Shown here in pieces: positions 61,102-64,000 of a DNA stretch of 64,000 nt (its first letter is position 1; each line of letters starts with the position of its first letter). The position numbers were made by a program, and so were the translations under genes. Source of the DNA: an uncultured bacterium (GTDB lineage: Bacteria > Zhuqueibacterota > QNDG01 > DTFT01); NCBI GenBank assembly GCA_963736115.1, contig CAVTNR010000010.1:64674-128673 (forward strand), written 5' to 3'. The notes beneath the pieces are model-generated. The model was not told the origin of the DNA. It did not search any database and saw only the letters and a list, made by a program, of their open reading frames with translations.

Positions 61102-61863
61102 ATGAAAAAGACCGCCCTCCTGGTCCTGCCTTTGGCCCTGATTCTGGCGCTCGACGGTGCGGCCGCGCCGGCACAACCGGATACGGCATCCGCCGAGGAA
61201 TCGATCTGGAGCGCCGGATGGGAGCTCAATGCCGGCGACAATTACATCTGGCGCGGCATCCCCTGCTACGAAAACCTGGTCATCCAGCCCGACGTCTGGG
61301 TGACGGTCAGGGATTTCACCCTTGAATTCTGGAGCACCGTCACAACCTCGGAAAAGGACATCTCGCCCCGCAGGCACGAGATCAACTTCATTCTGACGCA
61401 CGCGTTCGAGCTGAAAGGCCTGACGATCGAGAATGCCTTCGATTACTATCACTATATACATCAGCCGGACGTGCCCGCGACAGGCGAATGGATCGGCACC
61501 GTCGGAGTCCCGATCGGCGCCTTCAAGGTCACCGCGTCAGTGGCGGTGGATGTGATCGAATACGCGGGCGCCGTTCACATGGAACAGGGCGTGTCTTACG
61601 AGACGGAAATACAACCGCCGTTCTCCCTCTCCACCGCGCTGAAACTGGGGACCGGATTCAGTAAATTCAATGAGGCCTATGCGGGTCTCTCCCGTTCCGC
61701 GCTCAATTTCGCCTCCTGGGAAGGCCGCCTGACCTGGTCCCTGGACAACGGGCTCTATTTTCAGCCTTACCTCCTGCTGACCAAGACCCTCGACAACCGC
61801 CTGAGGGATGCGTACAACAGCCGCAACACCGGTTTCGGCCTGACAATCGGCATGGAATACTGA
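61102..61863 (+). CDS. Putative outer-membrane beta-barrel protein (253 aa) upstream of the pot transporter genes
   Basis: ORF 60997..61863; the ATG at 61102 (AAGGAAGGAAAA upstream) gives MKKTALLVLPLALILALDGAAAPAQ. Alternating amphipathic strands; aromatic C-terminus ...GLTIGMEY. Confidence 0.6.
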   Translation: MKKTALLVLPLALILALDGAAAPAQPDTASAEESIWSAGWELNAGDNYIWRGIPCYENLVIQPDVWVTVRDFTLEFWSTVTTSEKDISPRRHEINFILTHAFELKGLTIENAFDYYHYIHQPDVPATGEWIGTVGVPIGAFKVTASVAVDVIEYAGAVHMEQGVSYETEIQPPFSLSTALKLGTGFSKFNEAYAGLSRSALNFASWEGRLTWSLDNGLYFQPYLLLTKTLDNRLRDAYNSRNTGFGLTIGMEY

Positions 61864-61972
61864 TGCGGAAGACGGCCGCGACCATGACTATCCGGCTGCG
61901 TTCAGCCGATCTTCTGCCGCGCCGCGGCCCGGTCCTGCTTTTCGGACGGTTCTGCCGGAAAGCCGGCTGACG

Positions 61973-63136
61973 ATGGAATTCGTCGAAATCGAGGACGTTT
62001 CCAAGCACTACCGGAACATCCGCGCCGTGGACCGCGTCACCTTGTCGATCCGCAAGGGCGAATTCTATTCCCTTCTCGGGCCGAGCGGATGCGGCAAAAC
62101 GACTTTGCTCCGGATGCTGGCCGGATTCGAGCGGCCCGACCGCGGCCGCATCCGGCTCGACGGCCGGGACATCACGGATCTTCCCCCGCACAAGCGCACC
62201 GTCAACACGATCTTCCAGAATTACGCCCTGTTCCCCCACCTCACCGTGAGGCAGAACATCGCCTTCGGCCTCCAGGTGCAGAAGAAAATGCCCCGGAAAC
62301 AGATCGACGAAGCCGTCGACCGGATGCTGGGCCTGGTTCAGCTCGAATCCCAGGCGGACAAGAAACCCGCGCTCCTGAGCGGCGGGCAGAAACAGCGCGT
62401 GGCCGTGGGCCGCGCCCTGATCCTGAAGCCCCAGGTGCTCCTGCTGGACGAGCCGCTGGCGGCATTGGACCTGAAACTCCGCCAGAAAATGCTCATGGAA
62501 CTGGACCTCATCCACGACCAGGTCGGCATCACTTTCATCTACGTGACGCATGACCAGGGCGAGGCCATGAGCCTGAGCGACCGGATCGCGGTGATGAACA
62601 ACGGACGGATCGAGCAGGTGGGGAAACCCGCCGAGATCTACGAGGCGCCCCGGAGCAGTTTCGTCGCCGCCTTCATCGGCGACACCAACTTTTTTGAAGG
62701 CCAGGTGCTGGAGCTCGTGGGCGATGAGTACTCCCGGCTGAACATCGCGGGATTCGCCGACCTGGTGTGTTTCAACGACAAGAAAATTTCCGCGGGCAAT
62801 CCGGTGTTCCTGAGCATACGGCCCGAAAAATTCCACATCGGCCGGAACCGGCCGGAGTTGAGCCCCAAGCACAACCTCGTCCGGGGCCGCGTGGAGGACA
62901 TCATCTATCTCGGCGGGACGACCAAGTACTGGGTTCAGGCGGAGGGGCACAAGATTTCCATCACCCGCCAGCACGCACGCTTCTTTCTGGACGAGGAGCC
63001 GATCCGCTGGAACGACGACGTCTGGGTCTGGTGGCACGCGGATGACGGGTTCATGCTGGAACGGTACAGCGAGGCCGACGAGAGCCTGATCAGCCTCTCA
63101 CCCGAGACGGCGGAGCCGTCACAGGCGGCGCCTTGA
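61973..63136 (+). CDS. potA: Spermidine/putrescine-type ABC transporter ATP-binding protein
   Basis: Walker A GPSGCGKTT, signature LSGGQKQRVAVGRAL, Walker B LLLDEPLAALD. PotA-like FQNYALFPHLTVRQNIAFGL and a C-terminal TOBE-like region. Confidence 0.85.
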   Translation: MEFVEIEDVSKHYRNIRAVDRVTLSIRKGEFYSLLGPSGCGKTTLLRMLAGFERPDRGRIRLDGRDITDLPPHKRTVNTIFQNYALFPHLTVRQNIAFGLQVQKKMPRKQIDEAVDRMLGLVQLESQADKKPALLSGGQKQRVAVGRALILKPQVLLLDEPLAALDLKLRQKMLMELDLIHDQVGITFIYVTHDQGEAMSLSDRIAVMNNGRIEQVGKPAEIYEAPRSSFVAAFIGDTNFFEGQVLELVGDEYSRLNIAGFADLVCFNDKKISAGNPVFLSIRPEKFHIGRNRPELSPKHNLVRGRVEDIIYLGGTTKYWVQAEGHKISITRQHARFFLDEEPIRWNDDVWVWWHADDGFMLERYSEADESLISLSPETAEPSQAAP

Positions 63137-64000
63137 CCGGCGGCCGGAAAAGCGGCGAATGGGCGGTCACCGCCCCGACCTTCACGTGGCTGATTCTGCT
63201 GTTCGTGATCCCGACCTTCCTGGTCTTCATGATCATGTTCAAGCCGTCCGATCCGTACGGGGGCATCGGGTCCGGCTGGACCCTCCGGACGCTGTTCAGC
63301 CTCGGCAACCCGAATTATCCGGCCATTCTCTGGCGCACCGCGTGGCTCAGCGGCCTGACCACGGCGCTCTGCCTGGCCCTGGCCGTGCCGACCGGCTACT
63401 GCATGGCGCGAGCCGACCGCCGGTTCCGGAACACGCTGATGCTCCTGGTGATCATTCCGTTCATGACGAGCTTTCTCGTCCGCATCTTCGCCTGGAAGGT
63501 GCTCCTGCATCCCGAGGGCCTGATCAAGCGCGGCCTGGTCCTGCTGGGACTGGCGCAAGCCGACACCTCCCTGCTGTACACACCCGGGGCCGTGCTCCTG
63601 GTGATGGTGTACACGTCCCTGCCGTTCGCCATTCTGCCGGTCTTCGCGGCCGCCGAAAAGTTCGACTTCCACCTGATCGAGGCGGCCCGCGACCTCGGCG
63701 CCAGTCCGACCGGGGCCTTCTTCCGCGTTTTCATTCCGGGCATCAGCCGCGCGCTCTTCACCTCCATCCTGGTCGTCCTGATCCCGTGCCTGGGGTCTTA
63801 CGTCATCCCGGACGTCGTCGGCGGTCCCAACAGCGAAATGCTCGGCAATAAAATCGCCCAGCGGACCTTTTCGGACCGGAACCTGCCGCACGCGAGCGGA
63901 TTGTCGGCGATCCTGACCCTGGCCGTCCTGATTCCCATGATCTGGGTGGTGATGTCTCAGCGGAAGCGCGAAACGGGCGGCGGCGGATCCATTTTCAAGG
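63133..64000 (+). CDS. potB: ABC transporter permease (PotB-like); runs off the right edge
   Basis: My translation from TTG 63133 (TTGA overlap with the potA stop) is TGGRKSGEWAVTAPTFTWLILLFVIPTFLVFMIMF...LMLLVIIPFMTSFLVRIFAWK...IEAARDLGASPTGAFFRVFIPG (EAA loop). No stop before 64000. The ORF track instead shows a wrong-frame ORF at 63159..63851. Confidence 0.8.
   Translation, partial: MTGGRKSGEWAVTAPTFTWLILLFVIPTFLVFMIMFKPSDPYGGIGSGWTLRTLFSLGNPNYPAILWRTAWLSGLTTALCLALAVPTGYCMARADRRFRNTLMLLVIIPFMTSFLVRIFAWKVLLHPEGLIKRGLVLLGLAQADTSLLYTPGAVLLVMVYTSLPFAILPVFAAAEKFDFHLIEAARDLGASPTGAFFRVFIPGISRALFTSILVVLIPCLGSYVIPDVVGGPNSEMLGNKIAQRTFSDRNLPHASGLSAILTLAVLIPMIWVVMSQRKRETGGGGSIFK

Noticed and set aside
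63159-63851. 230-aa ORF listed in the track downstream of potA
   Set aside because: It is in the wrong frame, with an R/P/G/H-rich translation. The frame starting at 63133 gives a typical multi-TM ABC permease with an EAA loop and stays open to the window end.

Overview
GC-rich bacterial chromosome segment. About 47 kb of it (roughly 13.3-60.4 kb) is one minus-strand array of secreted carbohydrate-active enzymes. By motif recall these are GH2 x3, GH3 x3, GH29, GH31, GH39, GH42, GH51, GH97, GH127, a PL10 pectate lyase, three CE1-type esterases and one unassigned clan GH-A enzyme. The array also holds a CotH-like protein, a LamG lectin-like protein and an outer-membrane trio: a TonB-dependent transporter, a 1136-aa acidic-loop protein and a PorV-like barrel. 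Three proteins carry canonical T9SS C-terminal sorting domains (..NPFNP.. tails) and one carries a variant tail. Nearly every gene has a strong Shine-Dalgarno site (GGAGG-like). Together this suggests a non-Bacteroidia member of the FCB group; that placement is inference only. The enzyme mix fits breakdown of plant hemicellulose and pectin side chains (xyloglucan or arabinogalactan type). Left flank: a TetR-TolC-MFP-RND efflux operon (RND truncated at the window edge) and, across a 400-bp AT-rich gap, a chemoreceptor whose sensor looks like a cytoplasmic, order-permuted LacI/RbsB-type sugar-binding fold. Right flank: a beta-barrel gene and potA/potB (potB truncated). I found no tRNA, rRNA, CRISPR array, transposase or integrase. 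Points worth a second look: the SusD-less TBDT/giant protein/PorV-like trio; the permuted-PBP chemoreceptor; a family of about 70-nt GC-stemmed intergenic repeats with compensatory stem changes; two frameshifted paralogues, each within a tandem gene pair; and the lack of any classical PUL regulator. All family calls come from motifs read by eye. No searches were run.
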